DNA of 64,000 nt. Origin: Dictyostelium discoideum (taxonomy: Eukaryota). The stretch lies in contig CM000151.3 in NCBI GenBank assembly GCA_000004695.1, forward strand, positions 6,272,001 to 6,336,000, given 5' to 3'. Below are positions 25,701 to 35,784 of the stretch, one piece after another. Numbering within the stretch: position 1 is the stretch's first letter; every line of letters starts with the position of its first letter. The notes below the pieces were generated by a model that made no database searches, had not been told where the DNA came from, and saw only the letters and a program-made list of their open reading frames with translations. Position numbers and translations under genes: made by a program.

Positions 25701-27746
25701 GATTTAATTAATCCAAGTAATCCACCACAATATTTATCATTGAACGAACTACTTCATGAAAAACATTTTGTAGTTGTACCAGGTTATTCAAGTATTTGTT
25801 GGGGTATTTATCATCAAGTTGGTTCACCTGCCGCAATGAGAGTACTCTATGAACATTCAATGACTCGTCTAAAACAATTGTTAGCAGATGATGTAGATCC
25901 ATCAAATAATTTAATTTATTCACTTATTAAAAAGAGTTTATCATCAATTGAAGAATTTGGTAAAACTCTTGAAAATATCTTATCAAATCTATCAGGTAAT
26001 ACTGAAAAAACATTTAGTAGTTTTGTTCAATCAGTACTTTACACCTTAACCAAAACCTTTGATGGTGCAACCATATTACAATATTTGGATGTTTTATCAA
26101 AGAAATCTACTCAGTCACCAAAAATTCCAAAGATTTGTCGTGAAATTTTACAACATAATACATTGGGTCCGATTGTATTTGTAACACCAGAGATTGGTCG
26201 TTTCTCAACAGTTGGTGGTGTTGGTGTAATGTTGGATGAATTAACAAGAAGTTTGCAGTTGTTAGGTTGTGAAGTTCATATTATTTCACCTTATTATAAC
26301 TATGGTAAAGGTGGTAGAACTGGTTATTTAGAAAAGGAAGAAGGTATTCGTTGGAAGAGAAATGTTTTAACCTATGTTGGACCAGATCGTGTTGAAGTTG
26401 GTGTTCATGAAGGTATGGATAAAGGTATTCATTTACACTTTTTACATCATTTCGAATACTTCCCAACACCCTATAACTCTGGTTCACCAATTCATCAACT
26501 TAAAACCATTGTATTATTTGCAAAAGCATCATTGGAATTACTTTGTCAATTAAGAATTTTACCATCAGTTGTTGTAACCAATGATTGGTTCACTGGTTTA
26601 GTTCCAGGTTATGCAAAATCGGGTGCATTTGGTACCACTTTCAATGGTACTACATTCTTCCATTTGGTACATAATCTTGAAGAAGCTTATCAAGGTAGAA
26701 TTTATCCTGATAGTGGCGACGATTTAAATTGGATTCATCATCTTCATCGTGAATTGATCGTTGATCCATATTCACATCAACTTTGTTTGAATGCATCAAG
26801 ATGTGCCTTGTTAACTTGTAATAATTGGGGTACCGTATCCAAATCTTATCTCTATGATCTATTAAGAACCAGTCATTTAGCAAATCTTTTACATAGATTC
26901 CCTGAAGCATTTGCTCATTCCAATGGTATTAGAGTAAAAGAAAGAAAACAAGCAATGAAAGCAGTTTCCACCGATCATTGGAGTGCAAAGGCAGAGCTAC
27001 AAAAGAAATATTTTGGATTGGTCGATAAATCAATACCAGTACTTAGTTTTGTTGGTAGAATTGTATTACAAAAGGGTGTTCATTTAATTTTGAATGCCGT
27101 TAGAGAATTGATTGGTCATTATCAAGGTAAAATTCAAATTTTAATTGGTGGTATGGCAAATATGAAAGATCCCTATGCAAGTAGTTGTGCTTGGTCAATG
27201 CAAGCATTGTGTAAACAATTCCCACAATCATTTTGGGCTGACCCTGATTCATTCTTTTCAGATGGTCCATTGGTTAATTTAGGCTCAGATTTTGGTTTAA
27301 TGCCTTCATTATTTGAACCAAGTGGTGTTGTACAACAAGAATACTTTGTTGCTGGTACACCAGTTATCGCTTTCAAAACTGGTGGTCTAAAAGATACAGT
27401 TTTCGAATATAATACCAACACTGAAACTGGAAATGGTTTCACTTTTGAAGCTCATAAACATACAGATTACGTTCAAGCCGTTCATCGTGCCATCAATATT
27501 TTCAATAACACTCATCATTATGAAAAAATTCGTAAATGTGCTGAAGAATCAGTTTTAGATATGTCTGTTGTTGCTGAAGCTTGGGCAAAAGAATTCTCAA
27601 GAATGAGAAGATCAATTTGGTCAACCAATCATCAATTACAAAGACTTAATGAAAAACAATCTACTGAGGTTATTGATAATAGAGATAATCATTCATCATC
27701 AACTCAACCGTTAAATTCTCAAATTAAACAACCACCACAACAATAA
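20325..27746 (+). CDS. Giant (2473 aa) protein: ~1000-aa S/T/N/Q-rich N-terminus, GH13 alpha-amylase-family domain, then GT5 starch/glycogen-synthase-type (GlgA-like) glycosyltransferase domain; single exon
   Basis: GH13 motifs: 'YHQEGITTLYVMGLLEK', 'GIKIVIDSTTR' (region I-like), 'RGVDGIRIDSAHTCP' (region II with the catalytic Asp), 'VFLAEVYWD' (region III Glu). GT5 motifs: N-terminal 'IVFVTPEIGRFSTVGGVGVMLDELTRSLQLLGCEVHIISPYY' (KTGGL-type ADP-glucose-binding loop) and C-terminal 'VIAFKTGGLKDTVFEY' (the second K-T-G-G-L signature). No hydrophobic multi-TM region at the C-terminus. Real ATG at 20325 (aaaaATGcaaaat). Confidence 0.8.
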
Positions 27747-28443
27747 AAAAAAAATAATAAAAAAATAGAATTAATAAATAATTATTAAAATCTTAATCAA
27801 AAATTTGAATTCAGGAATTGCATTTGCCTTTCAAAATAAAAAATAAAATAAAAATAAAATAAAAAAAAATTAAAAATCTGAAATTGGATTCGTTCTATTT
27901 TTAACATTTTATTTGAAAAAAAAAAAAATAAAAAAATAAAAAAAAAATAAATAAAAAAAATAAAAACAAAAAAATTAAATAATTTATCTGTCTCCTGCCA
28001 CTCATACCAAAAAAAAAAAAAAAAATGTATCTTTGCATTTTTTTATTTTTAAAACATTTTTCTCTTCAAAGATATTTTTTTTTGTGGAACAGTTTCAAAA
28101 AAAATTTTTTTTTTTTTTTTTTTTTTTAATTTTTTTTTTTGATTTTTTTTTGATTTTTTTTTTTTTTTTTGATTTTTATTCATATTATTTTTATTGTAAC
28201 TGAATCCTTAAGAATAACCTTATGATTTGAATTAATAATAACTAATAATAATTAATAAATAATTTTTTAGAGGAAAAAAAAAAAAAAAAAAAGATCAGAA
28301 AGCTTTTTTTTTATATGTATGTATTGATAGAATAAAAAAAAAAAAAACAAAATAAAATAATTACCAACCAATTAAAGTAAGTTATCTCCCCCACACGTAA
28401 AAGTAAAAATAATTATTTTTATATTTATTATTGTTATTGTTAC

Positions 28444-28528
<85 letters not shown>

Positions 28529-28909
28529 TTATTATTTATTTTTGTTCACTAATGATAATAGTAATGACCGACATAATTCAACACCTCTTAAAATCATCAA
28601 CAAACCAAATTTCTTGCACACACCCACTTTCTTTTTCAAATTTGTATTAAATCTATCTATTTTTTTATTTTTTTTATTTTTTATTTTTTTTATTTTTTTA
28701 TTTATTTTTGAAATAATTGTTAATTACGATTAAGTTGTTATTTCAATTTCATTTCTATAAATATATTTAATTTTTATTTTTTTAAATTTTTTTATTTTTT
28801 ATTTTTTTATTTATTTTTTAAAAAAAAAAAGCTTAATTATAACAAAATTTTTTATTTTTTATTTTATTTTTTTTTTTTAAAAAAATATCATTAAGTAATT
28901 TTTTTTTTT

Positions 28910-28911
<2 letters not shown>

Positions 28912-28979
<68 letters not shown>
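28912..28979. repeat. ~68-nt poly(dT) tract in the intergenic region upstream of the 29145 gene
   Basis: An uninterrupted T run, flanked by further A/T homopolymers and an (ATT)n block at 28441..28545. Confidence 0.9.
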
Positions 28980-29144
28980 CATTAACGACCACCTTTTACT
29001 AATCCCAACAATTCTTATAGATATTTAATAGGTTAAAAAAAACAAACAAATTTGTATTATTAAATAAAATAAAAAAAAAAAAACCATTTTAAAAAAAAAA
29101 AAGATAGAATTTTATTTTATTTTTTTTTTTAAAAAATCAAGAAA

Positions 29145-32100
29145 ATGTCAGATGATAAAATTCATTTAAAAGTTAGATTGGTTGATAAGAAAGTTTTTAA
29201 AAAATTTTCATTTTATCCAAAGAAAACAGTTAAAGAGGCAAGATTATTTATAGCGGCCGAATTAGAAGTTGATCCAGATCAATATGGTTTATTCCTTCCA
29301 CCAAAGGATGATCAAAATGGTGTTTGGTTTAGAGATGATTATCCATTAGATTTCTATGGATTAGAGGGAGAGAATGAAAAAGAGGCATTATTATTCACAA
29401 GTAAAGATTCAGCACAGATGGAGTTTGTAGAATTCAAGAAACGTTATAGACCCATCAAAGTTGGTAAAGGTGATAACCAATTCCGTACATTGATGGTAGA
29501 CGACACAATGAACGTATCGGACATTGTAAAGTATGTCTCTACACAGGTGCCCATCTCAAGTGCAATCGATAGGGAGCAATACGACCAAATGAACATGTAT
29601 GAGGTTGAGGAGTTGTCCAACGATATGACCGTCAGGGAGCAGGGTTACGTTGGCGAATGCACCACCAATCTTTTACGTGGCGCCAAGGGTGATCTTGGCC
29701 TTTGCGTGCAAGTTCCTTATTTCGAGGGTTTCATCATGAGAAAGAGGGGTGGTGGTTTGATCAAGGGTTTAAAGAATTGGAACAAACGTTGGTACAGTCT
29801 TAGAAAGAATAAATTACTCTACTTTAAATCAAAATCCGATTCAACAGAGATGGGTTGTATCTTGATGAAAACAGTTCAAACAGTTAGACCTTGTACAGAG
29901 GTTGCCGATATACCATCGAAATATTCAAAGATGTGCTTTGAAATCGTTACACCCGCTAGAACATTTGTAATGTTGGCAAATAATGTTTCTGATATGAAGA
30001 AATGGGTAGAGATATTGGAATCATCTCGTAGAATGTTTGCTTATGAAACTCACTTTTTCGGTGTCGCCAGTAAAAAGATATCAGAAGGTGGTGGTGGTTC
30101 ATTCATCAATGATGACGATGACGATGACGATGATGATGATGAAAATAGTGAAAGAAAAGAACAAAAGAGAAGATTACAAGAACAAAAAATGGAAAAAGAA
30201 CGTCAAGAGAAAGAACGTATTCAAGCAGAAGAGAAAGCACGTCAAGATGAAGTTGAACGTCAAGAACGTATTCGTATTGAACAAGAACAAGCAGAACGTC
30301 AATTCATTGAACAAGAGTTGGCTCGTGCCGAGGAGGAACGTAAAGAACGTATTCGTCAAGAGCAAGAGGAACAAGATCGTCAAGAACAAGAGAGAAGAAG
30401 AATCGAAGAGGAGGAAATGGTTAAATTAATGATTGAAGAAGAGGAGAGAAGAAGAAAACTCGAAGAAAAGAGACAAGAAGATCTTAGAAAGATTCAAGAG
30501 GAACAAGAATTACTCGTGAAACAACAACAAGAATTCATTGCAAAACAACAACAACTCGAACTTGAAAAACAAAGACAACTTCAAGATCAACTCGAAGAAG
30601 ATAGACGTTTGGAGGAATTAATGTTACAAATGGAAATGGATCAAGAAGAACGTATCAAAGTCAAAGAGGAACAAGAACGTCAAGAACAAGAGAAACTCGA
30701 ACTTGCAAAGAAAATGCAAGAAGAGGAAGAGAAATTAAAAGAAGAACAAGAACGTATTCGTTTAGAACAAGAAAGAGTTGAAAAAGAACGTCAAGAAGAA
30801 GAGAAACGTATGGAATTAGAACGTATCGAAGAGGAACGTCTCGAAGCAATTCGTATTGAAAAAGTACGTATTGAAAAGGAGGAACGTGAACGTAAAGAAG
30901 AGGAGGAAAGAAAAGAAAAAGAAAGAAAGAGACAAGAGGAAGAGGAAAGAATTAAAAAAGAACAAGAAGAAAAGATTAGACAATTTGAAGAGGAAAAGAA
31001 GAAACAAGAAGAACTTAGATTAATCGAACAAGAACGTATTCGTGTCGAACAAGAATTAATTAGAAAAGAAAGATTAGAATTAGAAGAAAAACAAAGAATT
31101 GAACAAATTGAAAAAGAACAACAACAACAACTCTTATTATTAGAACAATCAAAACAAAGTGATACCGATAATGAAAATGTTGATATGATGGATGAGTTTG
31201 AACGTGAGGAAGAAGAAAGAGAAAAAGAACAATTAGCTTCAAAGAGACTTCGTTCATTACAAGCTCGTTTAGAAAGTGTTTGTGCAGAGACTCCAGAATT
31301 AAAACTTTTATTATCAGAAGCAATCTTATCTTCACCAGAGAATTTATTACTCTCTTGGGCAAATTATATTGTTAGTGGTATTTCTTCACCATCACTTCAT
31401 TCTTCAAGTAGATCACATATTCAAAGTGAATTATCTTCCTCTACTAGTGGTAGTGGTTTATTAGCTAATAATGGTATATTGTTAAATGATGGTTCATCGG
31501 TTGATTCAAATGGTAGTAACAGTGGTGTTGGTAATAGTATTAATAATGCCAATGGTAGTAGTAGTAATAGTGGTGGTAGAGTATTAAAACCATCAACAGC
31601 ATCAGTAACATTAGTACCATCGACAGCATCTATTGGTTCAAATGCTGGTTGTAGTATTTCAGCAGAGTTATCAAGAGCTTCATTATTATCATCAGGTCAT
31701 CTTGTTGGTTCTCAAGCAGTTTCACTTGTACAATTAAAGAATTTGAAATCATTAGATGCAAACTTGGAAATGTATGCAAATCTTCTCTTCAAATTGGAGC
31801 CACAAGAATTTAGTCTTCAACATTATGTAACATTAACAACCAATGCCGAAAGAGCACAATATATTCATGCATGTTTAGTTAAATTGGGTGTAACCACAAT
31901 AACTGAGGAACAATTACTCTCATCGGATTCCGATCAACATTTGAATGTTTTACTCACAATCTATGAAGAGGTTGGCGGTGAACAATGGAAAGAGGAATTC
32001 CATACTCAAGTAGTTTCCAAACGTTCCTTTGCCACTAAATATATTCAACAACTTTTATCCAATTGTGTCTCTGCTGGTTTAAATATTGCCACATCACCAG

Positions 32101-33656
32101 AGGAATTATTACCAACACTCATGAGTGGTAGAGTATTATGTGAATTGATCAATAAAGTTTACCCAGGCACTATAGATGAACGTGTAATTCAAAAGACTCA
32201 ACAATTTTGTAAAAAGAATTTAATGTTGGCTTATAATGGTGCTAAGGCACTTGGTGCAACATCAGTACCAGATATCGTCTTCTTATCCGATGATAAAGAT
32301 ACCATTTCATCCACTGTATTACATAATTTAACTTGGTCAATCGTTGAAACTTGTCTTCTTCAATCAGCTGATCCAACAAAGAATCGTCATCTCTTCCATC
32401 TATTGAGAGCTGAGACCAGAACAAGTTTCATGAAGTTAGAGAAAGAAAAGATTATGTTACGTTGGTTCAATTATCATCTAAGAAAAGGTAGTAGTCGTTC
32501 CATCAATAACTTCACTGACGATCTTGAAGATTGTGAAAATTATGCCTATCTCTTTTCAATTATCGCTCCACAACATTCTTTGAAATCTGAAATCCTCAAA
32601 GAAAATGATTGGGAGAAGAGAGCAGAGATGGTACTCTCAATGGCTGCTAAAATCGGTTGTATGTCATTGTTAAGTCCACGTGATATCGTTGAAACTGAAA
32701 ATAGTCAACTCAATCAATTATTCGTCGCCGATATTATGAGAGTTGCTCACGGTTTACCAGCTTATCAATTCCGTTTAGATGTTGAACAATTGGATGATCA
32801 AGTTCAAAAATCAAAGGATCAAGGTAACAATGATGTTGAACTCCTTCAATGGGTAAATGGTTTAGCCATTGATGGTGTCGATGCTAAACATCTCTTGGAG
32901 GACTTTAAGTCGGGTTATCTCTTTTTAAAGATCTTTGAAAAAGTTACACCACCTGGTACTTTGGATGCAAAGAGATTCAAAACCAATCCAACCAGTGTTT
33001 TCAAAATGGTTGAACTATGTAATTATACAATGGAAATCTGTCATAAATTTAAATTAAATGTTGCTGGTACAGCTGGTACCGATTTGGCCAATGGTGATAT
33101 TCGTTCAAATCGTGCCATTCTCAATCAAATTCGTCGTGTTATCGTTGGTGAAAAGACTGTTGTTGATTCAGTCATTGCCAATCAATCTGCTGTCTTAAAA
33201 TGGGCAAACAACAAGATTGGTTTGGATGTAAAAGTAAAGAGTATTCAAAGTTTCAAAGATCAATTCCTTCAAGATGGTTTATTCCTCTTGGAATTATTAT
33301 CCTCTATAGAGCAAAACTCTGTAGATCGTAAAAATATCATCACTAATTGTTCCAACGAAGAACAACAAGAATCAAATTGTCGTTACTTTTTATCTTGTGC
33401 TTGGTCAACTGGTATACCTTTAAATGTAGTTTGGGAAGATGTTCAAAAAGTTAGATCAAAATCAATCAAACATATTGTTGAAACTTTACAATCTTGGGAC
33501 TTATTAAAATCTCAACATCAAAATTTAATTAATAATAATAATAATAATAACAATAATAATAGTAATAATAATAATAATAATATTAATAATAATAATAATA
33601 ATAATAGTAATAATAATAATAGTAATAATAATAATAATAATAGTAATAATATATAG
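29145..33656 (+). CDS. 1503-aa protein: two N-terminal ubiquitin-like/RA-like folds + PH domain + ~370-aa E/R/K-rich single-alpha-helix/coiled-coil + Ser-rich linker + fimbrin/plastin-like core of four calponin-homology (CH) domains; single exon
   Basis: PH domain: 'EGFIMRKRGGGLIKGLKNWNKRWYSLRKNKLLYFKSKSDSTEMGCILMKTVQTV...CFEIVTPARTFVMLANNVSDMKKWVEIL'. ER/K block ~30100..31250 ('ERQEKERIQAEEKARQDEVERQERIRIEQEQAERQ...'). CH domains match fimbrin ABD1/ABD2: 'LMSGRVLCELINKVYPGTIDERVI', 'IMLRWFNYHLRKGSSRSINNFTDDLEDCENYAYLFSIIAP' (~ALLRWANYHL..fstDikDskaY), 'LLQWVNGLAIDGVDAKHLLEDFKSGYLFLKIFEKV', 'AVLKWANNKIGLDVKVKSIQSFKDQFLQDGLFLLELLSSIEQNSVD'. Confidence 0.8.
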   Translation: MSDDKIHLKVRLVDKKVFKKFSFYPKKTVKEARLFIAAELEVDPDQYGLFLPPKDDQNGVWFRDDYPLDFYGLEGENEKEALLFTSKDSAQMEFVEFKKRYRPIKVGKGDNQFRTLMVDDTMNVSDIVKYVSTQVPISSAIDREQYDQMNMYEVEELSNDMTVREQGYVGECTTNLLRGAKGDLGLCVQVPYFEGFIMRKRGGGLIKGLKNWNKRWYSLRKNKLLYFKSKSDSTEMGCILMKTVQTVRPCTEVADIPSKYSKMCFEIVTPARTFVMLANNVSDMKKWVEILESSRRMFAYETHFFGVASKKISEGGGGSFINDDDDDDDDDDENSERKEQKRRLQEQKMEKERQEKERIQAEEKARQDEVERQERIRIEQEQAERQFIEQELARAEEERKERIRQEQEEQDRQEQERRRIEEEEMVKLMIEEEERRRKLEEKRQEDLRKIQEEQELLVKQQQEFIAKQQQLELEKQRQLQDQLEEDRRLEELMLQMEMDQEERIKVKEEQERQEQEKLELAKKMQEEEEKLKEEQERIRLEQERVEKERQEEEKRMELERIEEERLEAIRIEKVRIEKEERERKEEEERKEKERKRQEEEERIKKEQEEKIRQFEEEKKKQEELRLIEQERIRVEQELIRKERLELEEKQRIEQIEKEQQQQLLLLEQSKQSDTDNENVDMMDEFEREEEEREKEQLASKRLRSLQARLESVCAETPELKLLLSEAILSSPENLLLSWANYIVSGISSPSLHSSSRSHIQSELSSSTSGSGLLANNGILLNDGSSVDSNGSNSGVGNSINNANGSSSNSGGRVLKPSTASVTLVPSTASIGSNAGCSISAELSRASLLSSGHLVGSQAVSLVQLKNLKSLDANLEMYANLLFKLEPQEFSLQHYVTLTTNAERAQYIHACLVKLGVTTITEEQLLSSDSDQHLNVLLTIYEEVGGEQWKEEFHTQVVSKRSFATKYIQQLLSNCVSAGLNIATSPEELLPTLMSGRVLCELINKVYPGTIDERVIQKTQQFCKKNLMLAYNGAKALGATSVPDIVFLSDDKDTISSTVLHNLTWSIVETCLLQSADPTKNRHLFHLLRAETRTSFMKLEKEKIMLRWFNYHLRKGSSRSINNFTDDLEDCENYAYLFSIIAPQHSLKSEILKENDWEKRAEMVLSMAAKIGCMSLLSPRDIVETENSQLNQLFVADIMRVAHGLPAYQFRLDVEQLDDQVQKSKDQGNNDVELLQWVNGLAIDGVDAKHLLEDFKSGYLFLKIFEKVTPPGTLDAKRFKTNPTSVFKMVELCNYTMEICHKFKLNVAGTAGTDLANGDIRSNRAILNQIRRVIVGEKTVVDSVIANQSAVLKWANNKIGLDVKVKSIQSFKDQFLQDGLFLLELLSSIEQNSVDRKNIITNCSNEEQQESNCRYFLSCAWSTGIPLNVVWEDVQKVRSKSIKHIVETLQSWDLLKSQHQNLINNNNNNNNNNSNNNNNNINNNNNNNSNNNNSNNNNNNSNNI

Positions 33657-34372
33657 TATCATTACAAATTAATATAAATAAAATTTTTTTTTAAATTGTA
33701 TAAAAAATGTTTCCTATAAATTATGATTAAGTTTGTTGTATTTAATTTCGTTATTAAAGTTTTATTAGATTGGACTGAATTAATTTTTTTTTTTTTTTTT
33801 TTTTTTTGGTGTTATTCAATTTTATTATTATTTTTATTTTTATTCTCAAAACTATTAGTTTTATAATAAATAAAAACCAGTTTGTATACCTCTTCTTTTA
33901 TTATGTAAATATTAATTTGATTTTGTTGGTGATTATTAAATATTTAATTTCATATTTATTTTAGAGTTGATGGAAAAAAATAAAAATGAAAATAAAAATT
34001 TTCAACACAAACCCTCAATGACAGATTTTAATAATAAACAAATAATTTTAAATTATTAAATAGAATTAAAAAAATGGAAAAAACAACCAATAACAATATA
34101 AAGGGATTGCAGTTAAAAAATAATAGTAATAATTTTAAAAAAAAAATTAAAAAAAATAATAAACAAATCCAATTAATTATAAAATATTATATTAATATAA
34201 TATATTTTATAATATCTTTTTAAAAAAAAAATAAATAAATAAAAATATTTTTAAAAAAAAAAAATTTTTTTTAAACAAAAATTTTTTTTTTATAGGATTT
34301 TTCGTTCGTTTTTTTTTTTTTTTTTTCAAGATTAGTCTAATTATAACCACGGAAAAAAAAAAAAAAAAAAAA

Positions 34373-34610
34373 ATGGAGTTGAATAATATAGTGGATGATG
34401 AATACTTTAAAAGTTATTTCAATTTAAATGTTCATGAAGTAATGTTAAAAGATAAACCAAGAACTTTAGCTTACAAAAATGCAATAGAGTTAAATTCGAT
34501 TGATTTTCAAGATAAAGTGGTAATTGATGGTAAAAAAAAAAAAAAATAACCCATATAATCAGTCAATAGAAATAATTATTTTTTTATTAACATTTATTTT
34601 AAATAAATAA

Positions 34611-34683
<73 letters not shown>

Positions 34684-35707
34684 TAGTTGGATCAGGTACA
34701 GGTATATTATCAATGTTTGCAGCAAAAGCAGGAGCAAAAAGAGTATATGCAATTGAAGGATCATTAATGGCAGGATATTGTTCACAATTGGTTCAACATA
34801 ATAAACTTGATTCAATTATAAAGGTAGTTCATAAGAGAATGGAAGAAATTACAGATGAAATTGAAGATGAAAAAGTTGATATCATTATTTCAGAGTGGAT
34901 GGGATTTTATTTATTTCACGAATCAATGTTAAACAGTGTATTGTATGCACGTGATCGTTATTTAAAAGATAATGGTATAATGTTTCCATCTAGAGCAGAT
35001 ATATTTTTAGCACCAGTAAATATGAATAAATTAATGGATAAAAAAATAAACTTTTGGAATGATGTATATGGTTTTGATTTTTCAATTTTATCTGAACCAG
35101 CTCTTCAAGAATTACCAGCTCCATATGTTGAATATTTAGAAAAAGATCAATTAGTTTTAAAAGAAAATAAAATTTTATCTGTAAATTTTAATAGTATGTA
35201 TATATATATATAATTAAAATTTATTAAACCACCCCCATACAAAAAAAGAAAAATTTTATTAACACTATAGATTATTTAATTAATATAAAAATAGCAATTA
35301 CATGTGAAGAATTAGAAGATATAATAATAAATAATATAGATTTTAAATTTCCAGAAAATATTAAACCAAAAACTATTCACGGATTTGGAATTTGGTTTAT
35401 TTGTTATTTCGACGGATCAAAAGGTACTGTCGAATTATCAACAGCACCAGGTGATCCAGAAACTCATTGGAAACAAACTACAATCCTTTTACCATCAGGT
35501 ATTGATTTAGAAGGTGGAGAAACAATGACTTGTAGATTACAAATGACCCAAGATTCTTTGAATAAAAGAATTTATGATTTAAATTTAGAGTTTCCAGATG
35601 ACGAAGAACAAGAAATGGAACAAGATGGTGATGACGATGATGATGAAGAACATGAAGAATCATGTGATTGTTTAAAATGTAAAATCATTAGAGAACATTC
35701 AAAATAA
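34373..35707 (+). CDS. prmt1: Protein arginine N-methyltransferase PRMT1, ~358 aa. Exons 34373..34529, 34687..35193, 35295..35707; introns 34530..34686 (contains (AAT)n) and 35194..35294
   Basis: Exon 1 'MELNNIVDDEYFKSYFNLNVHEVMLKDKPRTLAYKNAIELNSIDFQDKVVID' ends GAT G|GTAAAA (phase 1). The acceptor ..atatAG|TT supplies GTT, giving 'VGSGTGILSMFAAKAGAKRVYAIEGS' (SAM-binding motif I). It continues 'ISEWMGFYLFHESMLNSVLYARDRYLKDNGIMFPSRADIFLAPV', 'DVYGFDFS'. Exon 2 ends ..VNFN A|GTATGT. Exon 3 from ..aaaaatAG|CAATT gives '..TITCEELEDIIINNIDFKFPENIKPKTIHGFGIWFICYF..THWKQTTILL..' (the THW loop). An alternative acceptor at 35270 would insert 8 aa; the shorter form aligns without a gap to PRMT1. Confidence 0.85.
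34611..34683. repeat. (AAT)n microsatellite inside PRMT1 intron 1
   Basis: A perfect aat repeat of ~24 units. Confidence 0.9.
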
Positions 35708-35784
35708 ATTTTTATTAAATTTCTTTTTTAAATATTAAGATTAAAATTGTTTTTAAAAAATTATTTTATTATGAGTTTTAATGT

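Noticed and set aside
35231-35245. 'ACCCCCATACAAAAAAAG' C-rich word
   Set aside because: It lies inside PRMT1 intron 2 at the polypyrimidine/branch region, so it is more likely splice-related than a DUSE promoter element.
35270-35294. Alternative PRMT1 exon-3 acceptor at 35270 (ctatAG|ATTATTT), which would add 'NYLINIKIA'
   Set aside because: It is phase-compatible, but the 35294 acceptor gives a gap-free alignment to PRMT1 orthologues in this segment. Kept as an alternative only.
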